DNA from: Podarcis muralis
Lineage: Eukaryota
Length of the DNA: 64,000 nt
Direction of reading: 5' to 3'
NCBI RefSeq assembly: GCF_964188315.1
Contig: NC_135671.1
Coordinates: 4,154,001 to 4,218,000 of the forward strand
Positions 1-9,284 of this stretch are shown here, piece after piece. Below the pieces are notes generated by a model. That model worked only from the letters and a program-made list of their open reading frames with translations. It did no database searches and was not told the origin of the DNA. The position numbers were made by a program, and so were the translations under genes. Positions within the stretch are counted from its first letter, which is position 1, and each line of letters begins with the position of its first letter.

Positions 1-139
1 TTTGCCATCGCCTTTCTCCCAAGGAGCAGGCGTCTTTTAATTTCGTGACTGCTGTCACCATCTGCCGTGATCATGGAGCCCAAGAAAGTAAAATCTCTCA
101 CTACTTCCATTTCTTCCCCTTCTACTTGCCAGGAGGTGG
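1..139 (-). mobile_element. BovB/RTE LINE ORF2 fragment (runs off window edge)
   Basis: Minus-strand translation TSWQVEGEEMEVVRDFTFLGSMITADGDSSHEIKRRLLLGRKAMA matches the recognisable post-RT segment of BovB. Confidence 0.85.
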
Positions 140-1112
140 CATTAAGCTTAGGAGGCATTAAGCTTAAGCAATTGAGGAGGGGCTGGTAGTAAGGCAATGA
201 AGCTAAAATTCCAAGGCCCCAAGATGGCGACTGCTGCCTAAAGGGGATTCAAAATGGCGCTTGCACCAAAACTAGAAGCACACAAAATGGCGTCTGTCAC
301 TCTCAAGCCATCCAAGATGGTGCTCCCACCAAAATCAGGGGTTCCCACAAACGGTATCTGCCGCTTTGTGCAAGAAATAGGCATTCCAATTAAAGTTAAG
401 GCACTAAACAGGCACCCCCCACCTCCTTAGAGGACAGGTAAAATAAATGCATGCACCCAGAAAAATGCCCCTGGGCTAAGGAAGAACGTCCATTAACAAT
501 CAGGCCAGCCAAATCCTCCTGAGAAGGGAAAGCTCCCCCAAAAAACCCCGTGTTGCCAAGGAAAACGAGCTGGGTGCAGCCTTCCTAAAAGGGGGAATTA
601 AAACAATGGGCTCCCAGCCACAGAAAAACCTCCGTTACAGGAGCAATCTGCATTGGAGGGGCAAGGCAACAGGCGATCCCAGGGAGGCTCTAAAATGGGG
701 GAGAATTAAGAAATAGGGGAAAGGGGAAGGGGAAGGGGGGAGAAAGAGGATTAAAGGGGGGGAGGCAGAAAAGGGGGGAAAGGGCAAAGAAAGCCTCTAA
801 GCTAAGAACGGGGGTAATAAAAGGAAAATATTCAACCAGTTTTTAAGACACTCTCTCTCTCTCGTTGAGCTCCATCTCAGGTCCGGTGCACAAAGCGAAT
901 AAGAGGAAGCTCAATGCAATGTGCAGCGGTATATAAAAGGTCCTCAGTTAATTCAGAGAAATCCCATTGGCCAGATCTGCTTAGCAACCTGGGACTTCCA
1001 ATTGGGTCGTTGTGGCTGCCCAATCATTCCCAACCACAACGGTGAGGTCAGTCCTGATGATCTCACCACAACACGTGCCCTCTGGGAGGAGGACCTGATT
1101 TACACGTTCCTT
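140..1112 (-). mobile_element. 5' fragment (promoter/leader) of a DIRS/Ngaro-like retrotransposon
   Basis: Reverse complement of ~900-1110 aligns by eye with ~53810-54000 (gtcctcc..gagggca.gtgttg..gactgacctc..atctggccaatggg..tatatacc), followed by a similar pyrimidine-rich leader. No ORF remains. Confidence 0.55.
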
Positions 1113-1390
1113 AATCATTCTCTGCTACCTACCTGCAAACTGTATACAAAAGGGATACTTCTATGAAAGCAACATCCAGCATTCCAACTGCTTCAACTGG
1201 TTTAGCAGATCCCAGTCTTAAAAATCAAAGGAGATCATCTAGCACAACCTCAACCCCATAAGAATATAACCAGGGCAGGATTGAAGACAACCAAGACAAC
1301 ACCTGGAAATATTCTATTACTAAATCAATATCAGGTGTTCCGATGTCATAGTTGCAATATCCACATAGGTGCTAAATATCATCTTTGGGA
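1113..1390 (-). pseudogene. Collapsed TAS2R unit relic (3'-flank remnant joined to promoter remnant, no CDS)
   Basis: 1113-1230 resembles the shared 3' flank (cattctctgcta.ctacctgcaaac..ctatgaaag..actggtttagcagatccca). 1295-1388 resembles the shared promoter block (acacctggaaa.attc.attactaaatc..ggtgctaaatatcatcttt). Confidence 0.6.
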
Positions 1391-3239
1391 GCACTGTGTT
1401 TTGTTCCATTTTTGTTGGGGGTGGTGGTGTATGGATTCCAGAAGGTGGCCTTGGTGGTCCTTGCCCTATAGCATCATCTAGGGATGTGAAGTTTCATGTT
1501 ACCTATGACAGCACAGGCAGTAGCCTGCACCATGAGAGACAGGATAGGGGAGAAAAATCACTTACACCCTTCTTGGGGAGGTTAATGGTTGTGACCTAGC
1601 ATGGCTTCTAGCATGGGTTTGGGGGGTGGGAAGGTGTGGGGATGTTCAAGGAGGCAGGAGAGGATATATTGATCAATTATACCCTTCCCAACTTGTGTTA
1701 ACAAGTTCTATAATTAAGCAGAGTAACATTCCCCCTTTTTAAACATGCACAGCGGATAATGTCTTTGCCAGGCTTGTATATGCTTCTAAAATAAGTTTCC
1801 TGGTAATTCCCCTTTATTCCCTCCTCAAGAAGAATAGACACGACACAGTCTTGTATAAAAGTATATCAAATAGTTTACTCACATTCTGTTCACAGAAGGA
1901 TCTCAGAAGGCAGACTTAAGTTACAAAATATATACACCTGGAATCTATCCCATAAGACGATAGTTCCTTTGTCCTGTCTTGGCTGGAAGCCAAGAGAGCA
2001 TCTCAGGCTGATGCTTCTTCGATGAAAACAAAATGGAGTAGCGGGAGATGTACTGGCCAGTCCTGTACTTTTGTTACTTGCACAGGTGAAGTCACGCCCA
2101 CCTCTGGCCACATGTAGAGGAAGTTTGTCCCAGCCCAGGAGGAAACAGTAAGTCTATCTACTAGCTGAACAAACATCCCTCCCCATGTCTAAACATGTCC
2201 ACTCTAGTAATGTTGTATTTGACTGCTCTGTGTTTCACACCCCACAGAAGGTGGCCCCTCTGTATTCGTGGCTGGCTGTTTCTTGAAGCGCCAGCCTGCC
2301 GCTGAGGACGACAGGATACGCTGCCAAAATATAAGATTTAAACTGTCCAGTGAGGGGGCAACATGAGAGGCAGGGCTTCAGAAGCCAACCGGAGGGAGCA
2401 AGTCTTCACTCTGGTCCACTAATGGGGTATTTAAGCTGGACACCCGCAGTGCAGTCAGCAGCAGGTCAACCCGCCCGCCCACCTTGTACACGGGCTGTGC
2501 CTTCTGGCTCTGTAGGTTGCTTGTCTTAAAGACCTTGCTGTGGAGATCATTGGTCACCATATTAGGGGCTGTGAAGGAATTGCGCCTGCAAAAAAAATTG
2601 GGCCTGTCTGGAGGTTTTTATCTTCCTTATAGCAATAGTCACAACTTTGGCAGTTAAGGCTTTGGGTGGAACTCTTAGTCTATTCCTGGATGGGTGGTGA
2701 GATGGTGTATCTCCCTCCTCCCATTACAAGGAGGACGATATTCAAGGTACCCTAGTAAAGGGGTCTGGGCGGAAGAATCTGTCCAGAGCAGACGAGCCAT
2801 AGAGCTTCCCAGTGGTGGCCTGGGGGGTTCACAACTGTGGACCTGCATCTTGAGGTGACCCTTAACCCAGCCATGACCCTGTTCAACATCACCCTTCTGG
2901 AAAACAAGGCTGGTTTAGGATACACATCCAGTGCCTGCGCCAATACTTACCGTCATCTGTAATCAATAAAATTGTGGCCATTTTCAATTCCAAATATCTG
3001 TTGTGGTGTCTGTTATTTGTCTCATCATCACCCGTCCCATCTCATCTGGGACTCACTTTGAATGGGCCCACAAAATCCTTTAATACAGTCCTTCCTTCTC
3101 TAGTTCTTATTGCTGCCACAAAATATTAAATGACTTTTAAAAGACATCTGAAGGCTGTTTAGGGAAATTTTAAATGTTGGATGATTTATTGTATTTTTAA
3201 TATTTTGTTGGAAGCAACACAGAGTGGCTGGGTGTGTAA

Positions 3240-3240
<1 letters not shown>

Positions 3241-3289
<49 letters not shown>
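3241..3289. repeat. (TTA)n microsatellite
   Basis: About 16 consecutive TTA units. Confidence 0.95.
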
Positions 3290-3500
3290 GCTTGATTCAA
3301 AGGCTTTCTTGGTTAATCAGCTTTTCAACCCATAGAACATATTTGCTGGGCCAGCCAATTCTCTGAACTGGGAAGTGGTGGTAAGGCAATAAAGCATATG
3401 GGGATTTTTTGGAAATTGTTTTTATTCATTTTGTGGCTGGATTCCAAGAACCCCCCACCCCACCCCAAGTTTTATAGATGGATAATGTGTTTGCATTATA

Positions 3501-3965
3501 GGTGGCGGAAGCTTCAATCGTGGCGGTGGGGGCTTCAATAGAGGTGGATGGGGTGGTGGGAGAGGTAGATTTTGCCATGGAGGTGGTGGACAAGGAGGCT
3601 TAAACAGATCACATGACCAAGGACCTCCAGAAAGTGTAGTCATCCTGGGAGAGTTTATGTACCGCTGTGAAGATGACATTGTTTGCAAATGTGTAACTCA
3701 GGAGAGCAAAGTACCTTATTTCAATGCACCCGTCTATTTAGAAAATAAGGAACAGATTGGGAAAGTGGATGAAATCTTTGGGCAGCTCAGAGACTTTTAT
3801 TTTTCAGTCAAATTGTCGGAAAACATGAAAGCTGCTTCCTTCAAAAAGTTGCAAAAGTTTTATATCGATCCAGCAAAATTGCTCCCTCTGCAGAGATTTT
3901 TGCCAAGGCCCCAAGCTGAAAAAAGACACCCGAGAGGTGGACGAGGAGGCCGTGGTGGAAGAGTG
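3501..3965 (+). pseudogene. GAR1: GAR1 (H/ACA snoRNP subunit) processed pseudogene, start codon lost and 3' end truncated
   Basis: Intronless frame [110 protein letters not shown] is the GAR1 core. No in-frame MSF start; CpG-type R>W/H/Q changes in the RGG tract; C-terminal RGG domain mostly replaced. Confidence 0.9.
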
Positions 3966-4024
3966 GCAGCCCCCAGACCAGAGAATAGGCGGGGGCGTGT
4001 TTGGCGCACGTCCCGGGGGCATGG

Positions 4025-4130
4025 ATCTGAAGTGTATCTGAAGAAGTGTGCATGCACACGAAAGCTCATACCAAGAACTAACTTAGTTGGTCTTTAAGGT
4101 GCTACTGGAAGGAATTTTTTTGTTTTGACT
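4025..4130 (+). mobile_element. Penelope-like element terminal fragment
   Basis: ctgaagaagtgtgcatgcacacgaaagctcatac..ttagttggtctttaaggtgctact is a vertebrate PLE-type terminus. Paralogous to 20574-20680. Confidence 0.75.
4034..4071 (+). ncRNA. Minimal type I hammerhead ribozyme motif (Penelope-associated)
   Basis: GTAT-CTGAAGA-A-GTGTGCATGCACAC-GAA-AGCT-C-ATAC: stem I GTAT/ATAC, core CUGANGA..GAAA, palindromic stem II, self-complementary AGCT stem III, predicted cut after C4067. Confidence 0.75.
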
Positions 4131-5051
4131 TGTTCTTCCCGTGTGTGACAATTATTCTGTCCGTGATGTTTCTTCCTGTCCTTGTAAAATGTTATGTCTC
4201 TCTTTTCCTGGTTGTTGCTGTTCTCCCTCATGCCTTGGGTGGAGCTAATATCCTATTGTTGCTTCAGAAATTTCTCCATTGTTCCGTCCCATGCTTCGTT
4301 GTTGTTGTGCAACTATGCAACTATGCAAAAATCACACTGTCCCAGTAATGAACCTTATCAGTTCCTTGGCAAGTTTGCAGATTCCTTTCATCCTTCCGTC
4401 CAGCTGGAGATAACGGAGCAGTTGTACTTCCAGTTAAATGAATTCCAAGTCCTTTTAACATTATTCAGTTCAGTCTGTAAATAATAAAGGTTGGGGAAGA
4501 GTCAGCTCTAAGCTTCCATCACAAACCTCTTGCAACAAAGAGCTTCCCTCCATTTTCCTGGTTTTTTTTTTTTTTTTACACACAGTTCCATTTAATGTTA
4601 TATTTCATATCTACAATCCAGTTTCATCCCTCCTCACTTGCACATATACAATCTGTATTAGCATCCAAGGGAGGGTTGCCAAATCATAAACATAGTGAAG
4701 AAAACTTCATATAAAGAAGGCATAGGCTCCCCTCCCCGAACTGCCTTTTGTACTGAATGACGTCTTCTCTCAAGTTCAGACCTTAAAGACCTTGCAGCTG
4801 GTTCAGTTCCGCAGTATATGATCCCATCTCCCCTTGCACGATCATGTACATTAGTCCAAATTAAGCTCTAATTAACAGGACAACCTGTTTCTTAATGGCG
4901 GTGTAGGAGGGTTATCAGCAGGAGAAGTACTCTTGCACTCAGTGCCTCTGTGTCTCCCACAATCCATACTGTTGCAAGAGCCAGTTACTGAGACAAGCTG
5001 CGAGTGGAGCACGTTCCCCCGTGTCCCTGGTATTCAGGTACAATATCTGTA

Positions 5052-5289
5052 CAGTAGTACCTCAGGTTACAGACGTTTCAGGTTACAGACCCTTCAGGTT
5101 ACAGACGCTTCAAGTTACAGACCCTTCAGGTTACAGACTCCGCTAACCCAGAAATAGTACCTCGGGTTAAGAACTTTGCTTAAGGATGAGAACAGAAATT
5201 GTGCGGCGGCGGTGGGAGGCCCCATTAGCTAAAGTGGTACCTTCGGTTAAGAACAGTTTCAGGTTAAGAATGGACCTGAGGTACCATTG
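5052..5289. mobile_element. Tc1/mariner (Tigger-like) MITE
   Basis: TIR CAGT(A/G)GTACCTC..GAGGTACCATTG flanked by TA on both sides; subterminal tandem ttcaggttacagac units. The same site is empty in other units (caatatctgtatattcc). Confidence 0.85.
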
Positions 5290-5696
5290 TATATTCCTTA
5301 GCCATTCTCTGCTATCTACCTGCATACATTGTAGCAAACGACACGTCTACGAAAGTAATCTTCAACATTCTACCTAGTTAGACTGGTTTTAGCAGATCCC
5401 ACATTTAAAATTACAGGATTGGAAAGTGTCCCAGAAGATTATCTCCTACTTCAGGCAGAAGATTCTCCCCAGAAAGGCTGGATCGTCTACTTTCAGCTTA
5501 TTTTGTCTCTGTTCATTCCCATTTCAAGGCTGCTTGCTCTTTCTGAGGGACATAACATACAGGTGAATCGACCATTCAAGGAAAGAGCTGCAGCCATTAA
5601 GGAAAAAAACAGCATCTTCAAAGCTCTGATTAACCATATACCAGCCACCTCACAATGCTGTGTAAATAATTTGGAGGAAGTTAATATGGATATCTG

Positions 5697-5854
5697 CAGC
5701 GGCGTAGCGTGGGTTGTGAGCACCCGGGGCAAGGCAAGTAATTTGCGCCCCCTAACCCGTGGATTTGCGTCCCCTAACCCGTGGATTTGCCCTAACCCCA
5801 GATGTTGCGCCCGGTGTGGCCGGCCCCCCCTGCACCCCCCACGCTACGCCACTG
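5697..5854. mobile_element. hAT-type MITE
   Basis: TIR CAGCGGCGTAGCG / CGCTACGCCACTG; perfect 8-bp TSD GATATCTG (5689-5696, 5855-5862); absent from paralogous flanks. Confidence 0.9.
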
Positions 5855-5973
5855 GATATCTGAAAGAAAAGCACATAACTAAGGTGGACCCTATATTGGT
5901 AGAACACTTGCTGTTCAGTCTTGACATGATAGTGCATTCATTCATTCATTCATTCATTCATTCAATGCTTCAT

Positions 5974-6891
5974 TCAGCATTTTAGTTGATGTAGCATCTT
6001 GATTGATTCCTGTTTCAGTTTGGGACTCATGAAGATCAGGATAACGGCATGGCCAGAGGAATATGCAGCAAACACATTAAGAAGAATTAAATGCACCCCA
6101 TTGTTGTTAAAGCCCATCCAAATGAAAACAATGTACAAGATTAACACAAAAACGTTAGATACATAGAGAATGAAGAAAGAAGCCAGGGCTTTGATGGCAT
6201 TCAGGTGAGCTTCTGTGCTGACATCCCTTGCACTGTTTCGTAGAAGATTTTTGTGCCTCCACAGAGAAGTTAGTAATAAAATGGATGAGATCAAAAATAT
6301 CATGAAAGGAGGGAAATTTGGAAAAACATCTAGTAGGATAAGAAACTTACAGGAATTGGTAGTGTCAATTGCTGAGTCATTGTTATTGTTTAGATGTGAT
6401 TCATATATATTACATTTAGTCATAATGCCTGTTATTGACATAGTGGTGGTGATTGCAGAGAAGCCCACAGTCCCCAGAAGCAGCCAAGGCACCAGCCCAG
6501 GGAATCTCCGCTTCATTTGCAGGAAGAGAGGGTGGGAGAAGTTAGCAATTTTTACACAGTACAAAACACTGAGCCAAGCAGCAAACCAAAGGCTAGCCGT
6601 ATTTAGAAACAGCCATGAGGAATCAGATGAAATTTTTATCTTCGGCATCAGAAAAGAGTCCATGAAAAAGAGGTTGAATATTGCAGCCTGCATCAGAACG
6701 GCATGAAATGCAAATCTGAACAAGCTAAGACAACTCAGTATCATGTCAGCTGGGGATAGTTTTCGGCTTCTAAACCAGTCAATGCAGTTCACGATCGCAA
6801 TGAATCCATTTCCCACCATTCCTATGAGGGTTTCAATCACCAGAAGAACGAAGCCAAACAATTCAAATAAGGTAGCCATCTTTCTGAGCAT
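5974..6891 (-). CDS. TAS2R: Bitter taste receptor, copy 1 (305 aa, single exon)
   Basis: 7TM ORF with TAS2R motifs GMVGNGFI, LSCLSLFR, WLSVLYCVKIANFSHPLFL, SLWRH, HLNAIKAL, GHAVILI..PKLK. Family-level call only. Confidence 0.95.
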   Translation of the reverse strand: MLRKMATLFELFGFVLLVIETLIGMVGNGFIAIVNCIDWFRSRKLSPADMILSCLSLFRFAFHAVLMQAAIFNLFFMDSFLMPKIKISSDSSWLFLNTASLWFAAWLSVLYCVKIANFSHPLFLQMKRRFPGLVPWLLLGTVGFSAITTTMSITGIMTKCNIYESHLNNNNDSAIDTTNSCKFLILLDVFPNFPPFMIFLISSILLLTSLWRHKNLLRNSARDVSTEAHLNAIKALASFFILYVSNVFVLILYIVFIWMGFNNNGVHLILLNVFAAYSSGHAVILIFMSPKLKQESIKMLHQLKC

Positions 6892-6954
6892 GAAATAGAA
6901 GCGTTTCTTCCAGTGTAATGTGTAATATTAGCACAGGCTGATGCTGATGCTGCT

Positions 6955-7175
6955 CTTTATATGACCAGTGGAGAACAGAATACTTCTGCCTTCTTTCCAG
7001 AATAGAGAAACTTGCATGGAGGGGAGCCAGCTATTTTCATTTGTTGATTTTGTTTGGATGCAAATCACATCTGGAAAGATTCCATTACAAAATCTATATC
7101 ATATATTCTGCTGTCATATTTGCAAATTCGACAGTGGTGCTAAATATCATCTTTGCATCTGGCTTAACAAACAGT
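6955..7175 (-). promoter_or_regulatory. Shared TAS2R proximal promoter block (TATA box plus octamer sites), representative copy
   Basis: Minus-strand TATAAAG at 6955-6961; ATGCAAAT at 7058-7065; further octamer-like ATTTGCAA and CTTTGCAT sites. The block recurs upstream of every copy. Confidence 0.6.
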
Positions 7176-7886
7176 GATACATGACTCTTTTAGGATTTGT
7201 TTATCTTGATTAATGTTTGTTCACCAGTATTATTATTTTTCATCCATGTGAAAACAGAGATTTCTATCAAATGATTTCATAAATTTATTCTGTTTGTGAG
7301 GGACGTGGTTCTAATTGCTCAAAGAAACAATGCAAGGTGTTTACTTGTGCAGGACAATAGAAGAATTTTTTAAAGAATTGATTCCTTGTTTTCTAAGTTC
7401 TTGCACCTCTTTAAGCAATCAATGGATTTCATACTCAGGTTATCGACCTCTTAAGGGACACCCAGCAGGGCTGCCCTCTGTCGCCATTGCTGGGGGTACT
7501 AGGCATTCAGCTATATAAAGACACCTTCTACAGAGGGTGAGTACCGGTATGTTGGCAGATGACACCCTTTCATCTTTGCAAAATCCAGTAACAGCCTTTA
7601 GCCACCTAAGCGGCAGTTAGAAATGTATCACAGGGTGACAGCTCCCATGACAATGGGAGATTGTTGGCGAAGGAGAAAACAAGGATGATTGTGGGTAATT
7701 ATACTTGCAAGTCTGTCCCCCCGGGCCAGGGTGGAACTGACTTCACTTGCAGATTGTCTCGGTACCTGGCTTCCGCTCCAATATGGAATGAGGGAGGCAG
7801 GGAGATGCTGAGTGCAAAAGCACTTTGCCTGTTGGTAATCCTCCTCCGCCACCATTAAGAAGCAGAGGTTCTTCCACTCATTAAAA

Positions 7887-8125
7887 GCCAGTGTGGTGTA
7901 GTGGTTAAGAGCGGTAGTCTTGTAATCTGGGGAACCGGGTTCAATTCCCCGCTCCTCCACATGCAGCTGCTGGGTGACCTTGGGCCAGTCACACTTCTTT
8001 GAAGTCTCTCAGCCCCATTCACCTCACAGAGTGTTTGTTGTGGGGGAGGAAGGGAAAGGAGAATGTTAGCCGCTTTGAGACTCCTTAAAGGGAGTGAAAG
8101 GCGGGATATCAAATCCAAATCCAAA
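7887..8125 (+). mobile_element. tRNA-headed CORE SINE (Ther1/MIR-derived, Squam3-like)
   Basis: A/B boxes (tggtgtagtgg..ggttcaattcc), CORE motif gctgggtgaccttgggccagtcac, short repeat tail (atccaa). Confidence 0.85.
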
Positions 8126-8132
8126 GTTTAAT

Positions 8133-8465
8133 TATTCGAATCTCAGCTGTCTTTGGCACAGAGAATCAATAATAACCAGAGACAGAGGAGATCCAACAAA
8201 TACTCGTTTATTCAGCTGAGCAAAAGAGAGGTCAGAACACGTCCAAAACAAAGGAATGGAAGTGCCGCACTGAGGAGTTGATTCTTATTTCTTTATAAGC
8301 TCTTTCTTTTCCCCCTTCCCTCTTTCCCCCTCCCTCTTTCCCGCTCCCTTTCAGGGCCTCCTGGCTGTAATCAGACCAGCCTTACTAGAGACGTTGAGCA
8401 AGCTGACCAGACACAGGAAGGAAACTCCTCAATGCCTGTTTCAATACTATTATTCTATCCTAACA
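8133..8465 (-). mobile_element. Solo LTR-like element
   Basis: Minus strand starts TGTTAGG, with TATA-like CTTATAAAG and a downstream AATAAA. Paralog at 11168-12694; partial copy at ~19830-19930. Confidence 0.55.
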
Positions 8466-8511
8466 TAGGCACCTTCTCTGTTCCATTCTTCAGCAAGTAC
8501 AAAAGCTGATA

Positions 8512-8784
8512 CAGTGGTACCTCTAGTTATGAACTTAATTCATTCCGGAGGTCTGTTCTTAACCTGAAACTGTTCTTAACTAGAGGCGTGCTTTCGTTAA
8601 TGGGGCCTCTTGCTAAGCCAGAAATAGTACCTCGGGTTAAGAACTTTGCTTCAGGATGAGAACAGAAATCGTGCGGCGGCAGTGGGAGGCCCCATTAGCT
8701 AAAGTGGTATCTCCGGTTAAGAACAGTTTCAGGTTAAGAATGGACCTCCGGAACGAATTAAGTTTTTAACCCGAGGTACCATTG
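8512..8784. mobile_element. Tigger-like MITE, hybrid form with two inverted right ends
   Basis: CAGTGGTACCTC..GAGGTACCATTG with TA flanks; both ~110-bp arms are the same end of the element in inverted orientation. Confidence 0.8.
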
Positions 8785-9284
8785 TATATTCCTTAGCCAT
8801 TCTCTGTTATCTACCTGCAAACATTGTAACAAACAATAGGTCTATGAAAGTAAACTTCAACATTCTACCTAGTTAGACTGGTTTTAGCAGATCCCACATT
8901 TAAAATTACAGGACTGTAAACTGTCCCAGAAGATTATCTCCTACTTCAGGCAGAAGATTCTCGCCAGAAAGGCTGGATCCTCTATTTTAAGCTTATTTCG
9001 TCTCTGTTCATTCCCATTTCAATGCTGCTTGCTCTTTCTGAGGCACATAACATACAGGTGAATCGACCATTCATGGACAGACTGCAGTCATTAAGAAAAA
9101 AACAGCACCTTCAGAGTTCTGATTAACCATATACCAGCCACCTCACAATGCTGTGTAAATAACGGGGAGGAGGTTAATATGGATATCTGAAAGTAAAGCA
9201 CAGAACTAAGAAGGAACCCATATTGGTACAAAACTTGCTTTTCAGTTTTGACATGGAAGTGCACTCATTCATAGAATACTTCAT

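Noticed and set aside
1400-3180. Possible LTR or ERV fragments (TG start at 2111 on the minus strand; AATAAA at ~2964 on the plus strand)
   Set aside because: No TSD, paired termini or protein motif could be established by eye; left unannotated.
3657-4097. Functional GAR1 gene
   Set aside because: Intronless, lacks the native start and most of the C-terminal RGG domain, and shows CpG decay; treated as a retrocopy.
5065-5137. Tandem 14-bp repeats resembling a CRISPR-like array
   Set aside because: No unique spacers; they are subterminal repeats of a Tigger-like MITE in a eukaryotic genome.
5750-5800. CCCTAA telomere-like hexamers
   Set aside because: Only three non-contiguous copies inside short tandem units of a hAT MITE; not an interstitial telomere.
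5419-5985. 188-aa plus-strand ORF in the 3' flank of copy 1
   Set aside because: TTG start, reads through a hAT MITE, and is interrupted by stops in paralogous flanks.
6215-6706. Recurrent plus-strand ORFs starting MLTSLALF (also 9526, 13735, 17459, 24533, 38039, 40771, 49664, 52315, 60420)
   Set aside because: Antisense shadows of the TAS2R coding frame. They use non-ATG starts, have variable length and are broken in some copies; their conservation is explained by constraint on the receptor.
7887-7960. tRNA-like sequences (also 25213-25290, 36672-36740, 61850-61914)
   Set aside because: These are SINE heads with A/B boxes that continue into CORE, Sauria or CR1-type bodies; no complete cloverleaf.
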